Source: Malacoraja senta (lineage: Eukaryota). From it: DNA of 64,000 nt. The translations under genes and the position numbers were made by a program. This document shows positions 23,927-35,100 of this stretch, piece after piece. Location: assembly GCA_038087875.1 (NCBI GenBank), contig CM075993.1, positions 248,001-312,000 of the forward strand. Direction: 5' to 3'. Position 1 is the stretch's first letter. The number at the start of each line of letters is the position of its first letter. A model generated the notes under the pieces. It saw only the letters and a list, made by a program, of their open reading frames with translations, had not been told where the DNA came from and did no database searches.

Positions 23927-24063
23927 GAGAACTAGTGGTGAGTGAGAGCAGCAATGTCAGGAAGTGCATCGCCACAGACACATGTGCGCATGACCTGTAC
24001 GGAACCCTGCTCTGCACCAACTTCAAGATCTCTTTCCTCACAAACAATGTGACACCTTTCCAG
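23927..24063 (+). CDS. MTMR10: MTMR10 exon 3, copy 1 (ELVVSESSNVRKCIATD...CTNFKISF...FQ)
   Basis: AG/GT bounded; matches the MTMR10 PH-GRAM region. Confidence 0.85.
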
Positions 24064-24251
24064 GTTTGTAAACAGTTATCATTTTGACAATTTCCTATCC
24101 CGGCCCCCACCTCCTCATCTTCACCATGGCCCCGTCTATAGACACTTCATCCCATCAGGAAGGTCTGAAATTCCTTCACTTATTTCTGCAACAAAGATCC
24201 AACCAGTTTCACCAACACTCTCACACACCTGGCTGAACCTGTTCTTACCCT

Positions 24252-24483
24252 GAAGGGCGGCACAGTGGTGCAGCGGTAGAGTTGCTGCTTCACAGCGCCA
24301 GAGACCTGGGTTCGATCCTGACTACGGGTGCTGTCTTTACGGAGTTTGTACGTTCTCCCTGTGACTGCGTCGGTTTTCTCTGGTTTCCTCCCACACTCCA
24401 AAAATGTACTGGTTTGTAGGTTCATTGGCTTCAGTAAAATTGTAAATTGTCCCTGGTGTGTAGGATAGTGTTGGTGTACGATT
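24252..24483 (+). mobile_element. tRNA-derived SINE (duplicate at 31531-31762)
   Basis: ggcggcacagtggtgcagcggtagag...gggttcgatcc A and B boxes. Confidence 0.75.
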
Positions 24484-24741
24484 GTAGTGAGGTGCATTGT
24501 ACATCTGCAATGTTTTACATTATATTTTATTGCGTTTGCACTTCAAACCATTCAGCTGTGTAGGGCTGTTCCAGTACTTGCTCCTCTCCACTCCTGTAGG
24601 AGGGTCTCGACCCGAAACGTCACCCATTCCTTCTCTCCAGAGATGCTGCCTGTCCTGCTGAGTTACTCCAGCATTTTGTGTCTATCTCCTCTCCTCTGAC
24701 AGGTTGAATATTAATTCTAGTTTGTAACTGTTCAACCACAG

Positions 24742-24814
24742 AAATGTCAGTACAGAAACCTGCTGCTGGCGGAACATGACGTCGCCCTGACCTGTGTGGA
24801 GCAGGTGGTGGCAG
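24742..24814 (+). CDS. MTMR10: MTMR10 exon 4, copy 1 (KCQYRNLLLAEHDVALTCVEQVVA)
   Basis: AG/GT bounded; homology to MTMR10. Confidence 0.85.
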
Positions 24815-27122
24815 GTATGCGCCCTCAGCTATCATTGCTCGCTCACACCTGTTTCTCCCACTCTTTTACAGCTGTACAAAATTAACATTTGCCAGCTAGT
24901 TTATAGTCTGGAATATAAACAGTAAATCAAAAGAACAAGCAGACGTTAATGTTTGAGTCTGGGTCTGGTCTGTTTCCAGACTACGACTCTGTGTTGCAGG
25001 GTGTCAGCAAGGCCACATTGTGAATGGTTCTGGGGTTGGTGTTGTTTGATGGGCTGTGATGCTGCTGTCTGTTGCTAGGGCTGTTCCGCGACCTTCTGTA
25101 TTACATTTTGCTACCAATTAGTGGACTCCTTGTTCACGCGATCTTTTGGGACAAAGATTTCACCACAATTACCTCTTCATGCTGGCATTGCTACTGACTG
25201 CCCCTTTCCTGGTTGCATTTCATTGCCCGGTGTAAACGTGTAAGTTTAATGGAGGTTTCAGGATCCATGCTGGGTGCCACAGACTGGGACAAGCAAGGCC
25301 ACTGCAGGCAAGTGAGATTTGTTCGTTGTGCTTCAGGCTGTGAATTAGTGTCTTGTACACCATTCTGCACATTCATTCATACATCTTCTATCTTTTTCAT
25401 TTTCTTACTCATTTTCAGAACATCTTAAACTTTTGTGCTCGTTCTTAACTATCCTTGAACTGGGTGGCTTTTCAGAAAGAAGCTGCTTCGTTGCTGTGGA
25501 TGTGGCATCACACTAGGCCAGACTAGGTAGGATCACAGATTTCCTTCCCTCAGAATCATTCCTGAATCCCATGAGTTTTCACATCTGTTTGGTCATTCCT
25601 GCAGGCGCCCATTACTGGTGTTTGGATTTCCACTCCTTTCTCTGGGTCCCATACCAACCCTTCAGATGCACCCCTTGTAACTCATTTTCATCTCTGGCCT
25701 CCACCGATCTTCCAGTCAAACCCCCCTCACTTGTATCCACCTATCACTTCCCAGGTTTGTCCAGCCCTTACTTTTCCACCTTTCTCCCTCCACCACAATC
25801 AGTCTGAAGAGTCCCGATCCAAAACAACGTCTATCTACATCCTCCAGAGATGCTGCCAGACCTGCTGAGGTACCACAGCACTTTATGTTCTTAGAAGATT
25901 GAGAGGTGACGATTAAAATCTTTAACGTCCTGAGAGATCTTGATAAAGGGATAAAAAGCGAGAATGCTGGGAATGCTCTGCAGGTCATGCAGTATCTGTG
26001 GGGAGAGAAACAGAACAAATGTTTCAAGTTGAAGACTGTCAGAACTGGTGAGAAGGAGAGAAAAGCAAGTTGTTTAAGAGAGTGTGGGGATGGTGGAGAA
26101 CGCTGACGGGCTGTGGCTGAGGCTTCTGTGGGAATAGTGCAGGAACCTGTCCAATCAAGGGTTAATGGGAGATGCAAGAAACTGCAGGCGCTGGTATCTT
26201 CAGCAGAAAACAAAGTGCTGGAGGCACTCAGCGGGTCCAGCAGCATCTGTGGAGGGAATGGACAAATGCAGTTTCAGGTCGACACTCTTTCTTCAGAGTC
26301 TGTCCATTCCTCCACAGATGCTGCCTGACTCGCTGAGTTCCACCAACTCTTTGGTTTTTGTGCTCAGTTAATGGGGACTGTTGGATAGTGCGAGTACAAA
26401 CAGACATTAGAAATGTGAAATGCGGGGTTGTGGGGCCAAGAAGGTCAGACCGTGCTCATGGAAACAGAATGCGGAGCCAGGGTCACAGACCTTGCAGCAG
26501 ACTGTTGCTGGCAATCATGGTGAACCTCGAGTTGTAGAAGTCAGTGTTGTGAGGACCATTACAATGTTCCCAGACTAAGGGGAGGGTTGTGTTGTGTTGC
26601 TCCTTGTTATAACAGTGCAGTAGGTCACAGTCAGGGGGGAGGTCAGCCCCTGTCCCACATTGACCCATTCCGCGCCCTATCACACATATTTACTTCATCC
26701 TATTCATCCCTCCTCCAATTTATCTGCAACTTCAATCCAACGGTTCCTTTCCTTTTCCAAATGTGACAAAGTCTTCAACCTGAAACAGTTCAGCATGGAG
26801 ACTCTGTCAAGACTGGGAAAGAAAGAAAGCAGGTTGGTTTAATTTGCAGAGAATCTGTTCCTTTTTCAATAATGGCTGCTTGACCTGATAAGTATTTATA
26901 GCAGTTGCTGTGCTTATATCTGAATGTCTGATGGTCTGTGATGTAATTGAAATGCTGTGGACCTGTGCGTGTGACTACACGTGTGTGTGTGTGTTTCACT
27001 GTAGACCTGCTGATTCCCCATGGGGGAGGTGTGGCAGGGATTATGTAGATCGCTGTGGCAGGGATTATGTAGATCGCTGTGGCAAAGATTGTGTGGATTA
27101 TCTTCTCAATTTCTTTGGCTAG

Positions 27123-27265
27123 TGAATGATTCAAAGAAGAAGAGGAAGGTTCTGGGTCCCACCCAGCACTTGAAGTTTAAACCCACTGAGCTGATCATTT
27201 ATTGCAAGGATTTTCGCATTATTCGATTCCGCTTTGATGAGTCTGATCCAGAATCTGCCAGAAAG
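27123..27265 (+). CDS. MTMR10: MTMR10 exon 5, copy 1 (NDSKKKRKVLGP...IIYCKDFRIIRFRFDES...ARK)
   Basis: AG/GT bounded; homology to MTMR10. Confidence 0.85.
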
Positions 27266-27815
27266 GTGAACATTGCGGGTGGGAGGGGTGGAATGTGGGG
27301 ATGGGGGTGAGTGGGGGTGGGGGTGAGAGAATGGGGGGGTGAGGTTGTGTGAGGGTGGGGGCTGTGTGTGATTCATTCTCAGACTGGGTTGCAGCTGGGT
27401 TTGCGGAGACCTGACCAGTGATGCCGAGCTTCCAGGCTGCGTTTGGTAGCTCCTCTACTGATGAACGGCAGTCATTGTGTTGTGTGATGAAGACAACTGA
27501 AGGGGCAGAGGGGAAGGGGGCAGGGGGGGTGGGCAGGCCGTTCAAGTGCTGCTTGGGGAAATGTCAGTGTGTGAGATGGGAATAACGTGCAGCCTCCTCT
27601 CCAGAAGCACCACTCAGTTACCGCATGCTCTGACTCTGGGACCGCTCTCCCTGGTATCATGGTGCCCAAGTAAATATCGTAATCAAAACATGTGTTGAGA
27701 CCACGGTTGTTTGTTATTTATATTAATAATTGGTTGTAAATGCCAGGGGCATGTTTAGTAAGTTTGTAGATGAGACCAAAATCAGTGGTGTAGTGAGGAG
27801 AAAGTTATCGAAGAA

Positions 27816-27980
27816 CCTAACCCTAACCCACTCCTAACCCTAACCCACTCCTAACCATAACCCACTCCTAACCATAACCCACTCCTAACCCTAACCACTA
27901 CCAACCCACCCATAATCCCAACCCACCCCGAACCCTAACCCACCCCTAACCCGTTCCTAACCCACCCCTAAACTAACCCT
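27816..27980. repeat. Degenerate telomere-like (CCCTAA)n interstitial array (longer copy at 35096-35280)
   Basis: cctaaccctaacccactcctaac units. Confidence 0.7.
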
Positions 27981-28202
27981 AACACACCCATAACCCAATC
28001 CCAACCTGCCTCTTTGGCAGCCTTTTGGGCCATGGAGCAATCTGAGTGAATGTGCAGATTGGGCGCAGTGGCTCCTGGTTGGCCGTTCATCAGCTCGCCA
28101 GGGGGGTTTGGGCCACTAAGGTTGTGCCCTGACAACCTGCTACCAGGGAGGGAAGCGGTCTCTGTACAACTTGCCCCTAACACTGGCCTTCCTCTCTCCT
28201 AG

Positions 28203-28293
28203 ATCTGCCTGGTCATCGCACATTACTCACAGCCCAAAGATCTCCGGCTGCTCTTCGGCTTTGCGTTTGCCAGGGAGCAGAGCCAGGATTCGG
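28203..28293 (+). CDS. MTMR10: MTMR10 exon 6, copy 1 (ICLVIAHYSQPKDLRLLFGF...)
   Basis: AG/GT bounded; homology to MTMR10. Confidence 0.85.
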
Positions 28294-28565
28294 GTAAGAC
28301 GGGAATTCTGCAGCCGCCTGCCCACTGGTGCTCACTGGATCTTGTAGTCACAGTGGGTGCAGATGTGGAGGTACAGGGTTACCGAGGTATCAGGAGGGGA
28401 CACAGTGCTAGAGTAACTCAGCGGGTCGGGCAGCATCCCTGGAGAACACTGATCTGTTTGAAGAAGGACCCAACCTGAAATGTCACCTTTCCATGTTTTC
28501 CACAGATGCTGCCTGACCCGCTGAGTTACTCCAGCACTCTGTGAAACGTCACCTATCCATGTTCT

Positions 28566-28765
28566 NNNNNNNNNNNNNNNNNNNNNNNNNNNNNNNNNNN
28601 NNNNNNNNNNNNNNNNNNNNNNNNNNNNNNNNNNNNNNNNNNNNNNNNNNNNNNNNNNNNNNNNNNNNNNNNNNNNNNNNNNNNNNNNNNNNNNNNNNNN
28701 NNNNNNNNNNNNNNNNNNNNNNNNNNNNNNNNNNNNNNNNNNNNNNNNNNNNNNNNNNNNNNNNN
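28566..28765. other. Assembly gap (200 N)
   Basis: Run of N. Confidence 1.
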
Positions 28766-28952
28766 TTTAATTTATAATTTATTTAATGCTTCATAATAAT
28801 AAGTTTCAGATAATGATTGATATAATATTTTAATATCAATACAGGTGGATATGGTCTCTGGCCCCGCCCCCAGTCTCCCCCGGTCGCCGTCAGTCTCCCC
28901 CGGTCGCCGCCCCGAGACGGACCCAGACCGAGACCGCGAGCGAGTGCCGGCG

Positions 28953-29112
28953 ATGATGAGCGGGAGGCCGGGCTTGAGGAGCTCGGTGGGGCCGGTGCCG
29001 GGGCCGGGGCCGGGGTCGCGGTTTGCCGGCTCTAACTGCTGTCTCTCCCCGCAGAGCTGCTCCCCGGGCCGGGCAGGGTCGCGGCGGCCGAGCGAGGCCG
29101 CGCTGTTACCGG
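28953..29112 (+). CDS. MTMR10: MTMR10 exon 1/2, copy 2 (internal acceptor gives exon start 29055)
   Basis: As copy 1; donor G|gtgagt at 29113. Confidence 0.65.
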
Positions 29113-32100
29113 GTGAGTGTTTACTCGAGGTCGGGGCCTCGGGGAGAAGCGCAAACCCGCCCCGGGGGGAAAGAGCGAGGCGGCGGCGGCGGCGGCGGCC
29201 GAGTCTCCCCCTATTACCCCCCCTCAGGCCCCTCCATTACCCCCCCCCCCCGCCCGCCCGCCCGCCCATTACAACCAGCCCGTCCCGTCCCGTCCCCTCC
29301 CCTCCCTCACGGCGGTGCTCTCATGTTCTCAGCGCCATCAGCTGTTTCCGAGATAAACTGCCGGTTCTTCAACAAAAGCAAGTGGTGTTTTTAATCATGT
29401 TGTTGATTTGCAAAGTTAACCCGCGCCCTGACAGAGAGAAAGCCGGGACATCGACACCTGGGTGGCATCTGCCCCCTCGCCCCCTGGCAGCAACTGGCTG
29501 CACTGGGAGCGCCATCTCTTCTCCACCCCCCTCCCTCTTCTCCACCCCCCCTCCCTCTTCTCCACCCCCTCTCCCTCTTCTCCACCCCCTCTCCCTCTTC
29601 TCCACCCCCTCCCTCTTCTCCACCCCCCCTCTTCTCCATCCCCCTCCCTCTTCTCCACCCCCCTCCCTCTTCTCAATCCCCCCTCTCTCTTCTCCATCCC
29701 CTCCCTCTTCTCCATCCCACCCCCCCTCTTCTCCACCCCCCTCCCTCTTCTCCACCCCCCCCCTCCATCCTCTTAACCTCCCTCCCTCCATCCCCTCCCA
29801 GCATCCCGTCAAATGGGAAGGAGCTGGAATATCCGGCATGTGTGTACCCACACTGTTGGGTCCATTGAAGGGGTGCCAGCTCGTTGTGTGGGATGCACGC
29901 TGGACCAAAGCAGACCACTGGTTTGCCTGGGTGGAGTTGTAGTGGATTAACTGTGTGCGGGATAATGTGGTCTATTATTGATTTCCCCTCTATCCTGTCT
30001 TGGAGCTTTTATCTCAGTACAGGCCAGTGTTTACATAATGAGTAACACACGGCAGAGCCAGGGACCAGGCTCAGTCCTGACCTTGGCTGCTGTCTGTGTA
30101 GTTTGCATGTTATTCTGTGACGGTGTAATGGCTTGCTTCTGTTCTGTATCTCGCCACGAGTCTACATCCACCTGTGCAGATACACCATTGAATTGTTGTT
30201 CATGTTGAAAAGACGTTAACAGAGGGTCTTTGCGTGAGCATGAGGCTCCCATTTCCCCATCATGTGCCACGATATGCCCACCAGCCGATCACACCATACA
30301 ACCAGGTCATGGCCGATTGGCATTTCCCTCCAGCCGCCGCCTTCCACTAACCTCAACTGTGCCACATCCATGAGATTGTGTTGACATTTCTAATGCAGCA
30401 GCTTGTTACTGGACTTGCAAAGTTCCCCTTCCCTGTGAAGTTCTGTTAGAATTGTGAGCATTTCACCCTGCACAATCTTGTCCTGTTATAATCTTGCATC
30501 GAGATTTGTTTTCGTTCCAGAAAAACATTTCCAGACGACATTGAATCTCATAAAACTCCCAAAAGCCGCGGGGATTCCGGCCTCAGGTTTCAAACAAAAA
30601 TCTGCTGAAGTCAAAGTTGGTTCAGAATAATTTTAGAATCTAGAAATCTCTCAGTAAATGTTGATTGAAAAATATCAAATGGAAATACGGAGAATGTATT
30701 TGACTGGTGAAGGTGGGAATGATGGGATGGGTTGGCAGGGAGGCAGATTTTGTCCAGTGTAGAGGTGTGGGCAATGTGTCCATGGACTGGGAGTGCAGGG
30801 AGAGGGAGAGGCTGCCTCTCCCCCTGGGAGCAGCAACGGCCAACATTCCTTGCATTCCCTGAAATAGGCCGTTTTCCAAACAGCATTTTGTTGAAGTGTT
30901 TGAAATGAGTCCTGTGAGGTTAGACCGATTTATAAACCGTCAGACATGAGAGTGCAGTGATGTGGTTTTGGTGTTGGTGCTAATTACACCTGCCACTGAG
31001 GTGGAATGTATAAGCATTGTGAAAGCTGTTCTTCACGAAACCACACACTTGGGGAGTTTGTCTTCCCCACAAAGCCCTTTCCTCTCTGCACCCTTTGGAC
31101 ACGGGCCGTGACTGGGTGGAACAGTAGTGTTCACTGCCGCTGGGGGCTCGTTGCATTGGGGCTGAAGTGGACAATGAGGTCATTGTTGCCTTGTGTTGAT
31201 TTCAGGAGAACTAGTGGTGAGTGAGAGCAGCAATGTCAGGAAGTGCATCGCCACAGACACATGTGCGCATGACCTGTACGGAACCCTGCTCTGCACCAAC
31301 TTCAAGATCTCTTTCCTCACAAACAATGTGACACCTTTCCAGGTTTGTAAACAGTTATCATTTTGACAATTTCCTATCCCGGCCCCCACCTCCTCATCTT
31401 CACCATGGCCCCGTCTATAGACACTTCATCCCATCAGGAAGGTCTGAAATTCCTTCACTTATTTCTGCAACAAAGATCCAACCAGTTTCACCAACACTCT
31501 CACACACCTGGCTGAACCTGTTCTTACCCTGAAGGGCGGCACAGTGGTGCAGCGGTAGAGTTGCTGCTTCACAGCGCCAGAGACCTGGGTTCGATCCTGA
31601 CTACGGGTGCTGTCTTTACGGAGTTTGTACGTTCTCCCTGTGACTGCGTCGGTTTTCTCTGGTTTCCTCCCACACTCCAAAAATGTACTGGTTTGTAGGT
31701 TCATTGGCTTCAGTAAAATTGTAAATTGTCCCTGGTGTGTAGGATAGTGTTGGTGTACGATTGTAGTGAGGTGCATTGTACATCTGCAATGTTTTACATT
31801 ATATTTTATTGCGTTTGCACTTCAAACCATTCAGCTGTGTAGGGCTGTTCCAGTACTTGCTCCTCTCCACTCCTGTAGGAGGGTCTCGACCCGAAACGTC
31901 ACCCATTCCTTCTCTCCAGAGATGCTGCCTGTCCCGCTGAGTTACTCCAGCATTTTGTGTCTATCTCCTCTCCTCTGACAGGTTGAATATTAATTCTAGT
32001 TTGTAACTGTTCAACCACAGAAATGTCAGTACAGAAACCTGCTGCTGGCGGAACATGACGTCGCCCTGACCTGTGTGGAGCAGGTGGTGGCAGGTATGCG

Positions 32101-35100
32101 CCCTCAGCTATCATTGCTCGCTCACACCTGTTTCTCCCACTCTTTTACAGCTGTACAAAATTAACATTTGCCAGCTAGTTTATAGTCTGGAATATAAACA
32201 GTAAATCAAAAGAACAAGCAGACGTTAATGTTTGAGTCTGGGTCTGGTCTGTTTCCAGACTACGACTCTGTGTTGCAGGGTGTCAGCAAGGCCACATTGT
32301 GAATGGTTCTGGGGTTGGTGTTGTTTGATGGGCTGTGATGCTGCTGTCTGTTGCTAGGGCTGTTCCGCGACCTTCTGTATTACATTTTGCTACCAATTAG
32401 TGGACTCCTTGTTCACGCGATCTTTTGGGACAAAGATTTCACCACAATTACCTCTTCATGCTGGCATTGCTACTGACTGCCCCTTTCCTGGTTGCATTTC
32501 ATTGCCCGGTGTAAACGTGTAAGTTTAATGGAGGTTTCAGGATCCATGCTGGGTGCCACAGACTGGGACAAGCAAGGCCACTGCAGGCAAGTGAGATTTG
32601 TTCGTTGTGCTTCAGGCTGTGAATTAGTGTCTTGTACACCATTCTGCACATTCATTCATACATCTTCTATCTTTTTCATTTTCTTACTCATTTTCAGAAC
32701 ATCTTAAACTTTTGTGCTCGTTCTTAACTATCCTTGAACTGGGTGGCTTTTCAGAAAGAAGCTGCTTCGTTGCTGTGGATGTGGCATCACACTAGGCCAG
32801 ACTAGGTAGGATCACAGATTTCCTTCCCTCAGAATCATTCCTGAATCCCATGAGTTTTCACATCTGTTTGGTCATTCCTGCAGGCGCCCATTACTGGTGT
32901 TTGGATTTCCACTCCTTTCTCTGGGTCCCATACCAACCCTTCAGATGCACCCCTTGTAACTCATTTTCATCTCTGGCCTCCACCGATCTTCCAGTCAAAC
33001 CCCCCTCACTTGTATCCACCTATCACTTCCCAGGTTTGTCCAGCCCTTACTTTTCCACCTTTCTCCCTCCACCACAATCAGTCTGAAGAGTCCCGATCCA
33101 AAACAACGTCTATCTACATCCTCCAGAGATGCTGCCAGACCTGCTGAGGTACCACAGCACTTTATGTTCTTAGAAGATTGAGAGGTGACGATTAAAATCT
33201 TTAACGTCCTGAGAGATCTTGATAAAGGGATAAAAAGCGAGAATGCTGGGAATGCTCTGCAGGTCATGCAGTATCTGTGGGGAGAGAAACAGAACAAATG
33301 TTTCAAGTTGAAGACTGTCAGAACTGGTGAGAAGGAGAGAAAAGCAAGTTGTTTAAGAGAGTGTGGGGATGGTGGAGAACGCTGACGGGCTGTGGCTGAG
33401 GCTTCTGTGGGAATAGTGCAGGAACCTGTCCAATCAAGGGTTAATGGGAGATGCAAGAAACTGCAGGCGCTGGTATCTTCAGCAGAAAACAAAGTGCTGG
33501 AGGCACTCAGCGGGTCCAGCAGCATCTGTGGAGGGAATGGACAAATGCAGTTTCAGGTCGACACTCTTTCTTCAGAGTCTGTCCATTCCTCCACAGATGC
33601 TGCCTGACTCGCTGAGTTCCACCAACTCTTTGGTTTTTGTGCTCAGTTAATGGGGACTGTTGGATAGTGCGAGTACAAACAGACATTAGAAATGTGAAAT
33701 GCGGGGTTGTGGGGCCAAGAAGGTCAGACCGTGCTCATGGAAACAGAATGCGGAGCCAGGGTCACAGACCTTGCAGCAGACTGTTGCTGGCAATCATGGT
33801 GAACCTCGAGTTGTAGAAGTCAGTGTTGTGAGGACCATTACAATGTTCCCAGACTAAGGGGAGGGTTGTGTTGTGTTGCTCCTTGTTATAACAGTGCAGT
33901 AGGTCACAGTCAGGGGGGAGGTCAGCCCCTGTCCCACATTGACCCATTCCGCGCCCTATCACACATATTTACTTCATCCTATTCATCCCTCCTCCAATTT
34001 ATCTGCAACTTCAATCCAACGGTTCCTTTCCTTTTCCAAATGTGACAAAGTCTTCAACCTGAAACAGTTCAGCATGGAGACTCTGTCAAGACTGGGAAAG
34101 AAAGAAAAGCAGGTTGGTTTAATTTGCAGAGAATCTGTTCCTTTTTCAATAATGGCTGCTTGACCTGATAAGTATTTATAGCAGTTGCTGTGCTTATATC
34201 TGAATGTCTGATGGTCTGTGATGTAATTGAAATGCTGTGGACCTGTGCGTGTGACTACACGTGTGTGTGTGTGTTTCACTGTAGACCTGCTGATTCCCCA
34301 TGGGGGAGGTGTGGCAGGGATTATGTAGATCGCTGTGGCAGGGATTATGTAGATCGCTGTGGCAGAGATTGTGTGGATTATCTTCTCAATTTCTTTGGCT
34401 AGTGAATGATTCAAAGAAGAAGAGGAAGGTTCTGGGTCCCACCCAGCACTTGAAGTTTAAACCCACTGAGCTGATCATTTATTGCAAGGATTTTCGCATT
34501 ATTCGATTCCGCTTTGATGAGTCTGATCCAGAATCTGCCAGAAAGGTGAACATTGCGGGTGGGAGGGGTGGAATGTGGGGATGGGGGTGAGTGGGGGTGG
34601 GGGTGAGAGAATGGGGGGGTGAGGTTGTGTGAGGGTGGGGGCTGTGTGTGATTCATTCTCAGACTGGGTTGCAGCTGGGTTTGCGGAGACCTGACCAGTG
34701 ATGCCGAGCTTCCAGGCTGCGTTTGGTAGCTCCTCTACTGATGAACGGCAGTCATTGTGTTGTGTGATGAAGACAACTGAAGGGGCAGAGGGGAAGGGGG
34801 CAGGGGGAGTGGGCAGGCCGTTCAAGTGCTGCTTGGGGAAATGTCAGTGTGTGAGATGGGAATAACGTGCAGCCTCCTCTCCAGAAGCACCACTCAGTTA
34901 CCGCATGCTCTGACTCTGGGACCGCTCTCCCTGGTATCATGGTGCCCAAGTAAATATCGTAATCAAAACATGTGTTGAGACCACGGTTGTTTGTTATTTA
35001 TATTAATAATTGGTTGTAAATGCCAGGGGCATGTTTAGTAAGTTTGTAGATGAGACCAAAATCAGTGGTGTAGTGAGGAGAAAGTTATCGAAGAACCTAA

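Larger units (their letters stand above)
21101..28565. repeat. Copy 1 of a near-identical 7.1-7.5 kb duplication (copy 2 = 28766-35863)
   Basis: Sequence and ORF track repeat with an offset of about 7.28 kb; differences are mostly repeat-length and homopolymer changes. Confidence 0.97.

Noticed and set aside
24252-24330. tRNA-like sequence
   Set aside because: SINE head continuing into SINE body; no complete cloverleaf.
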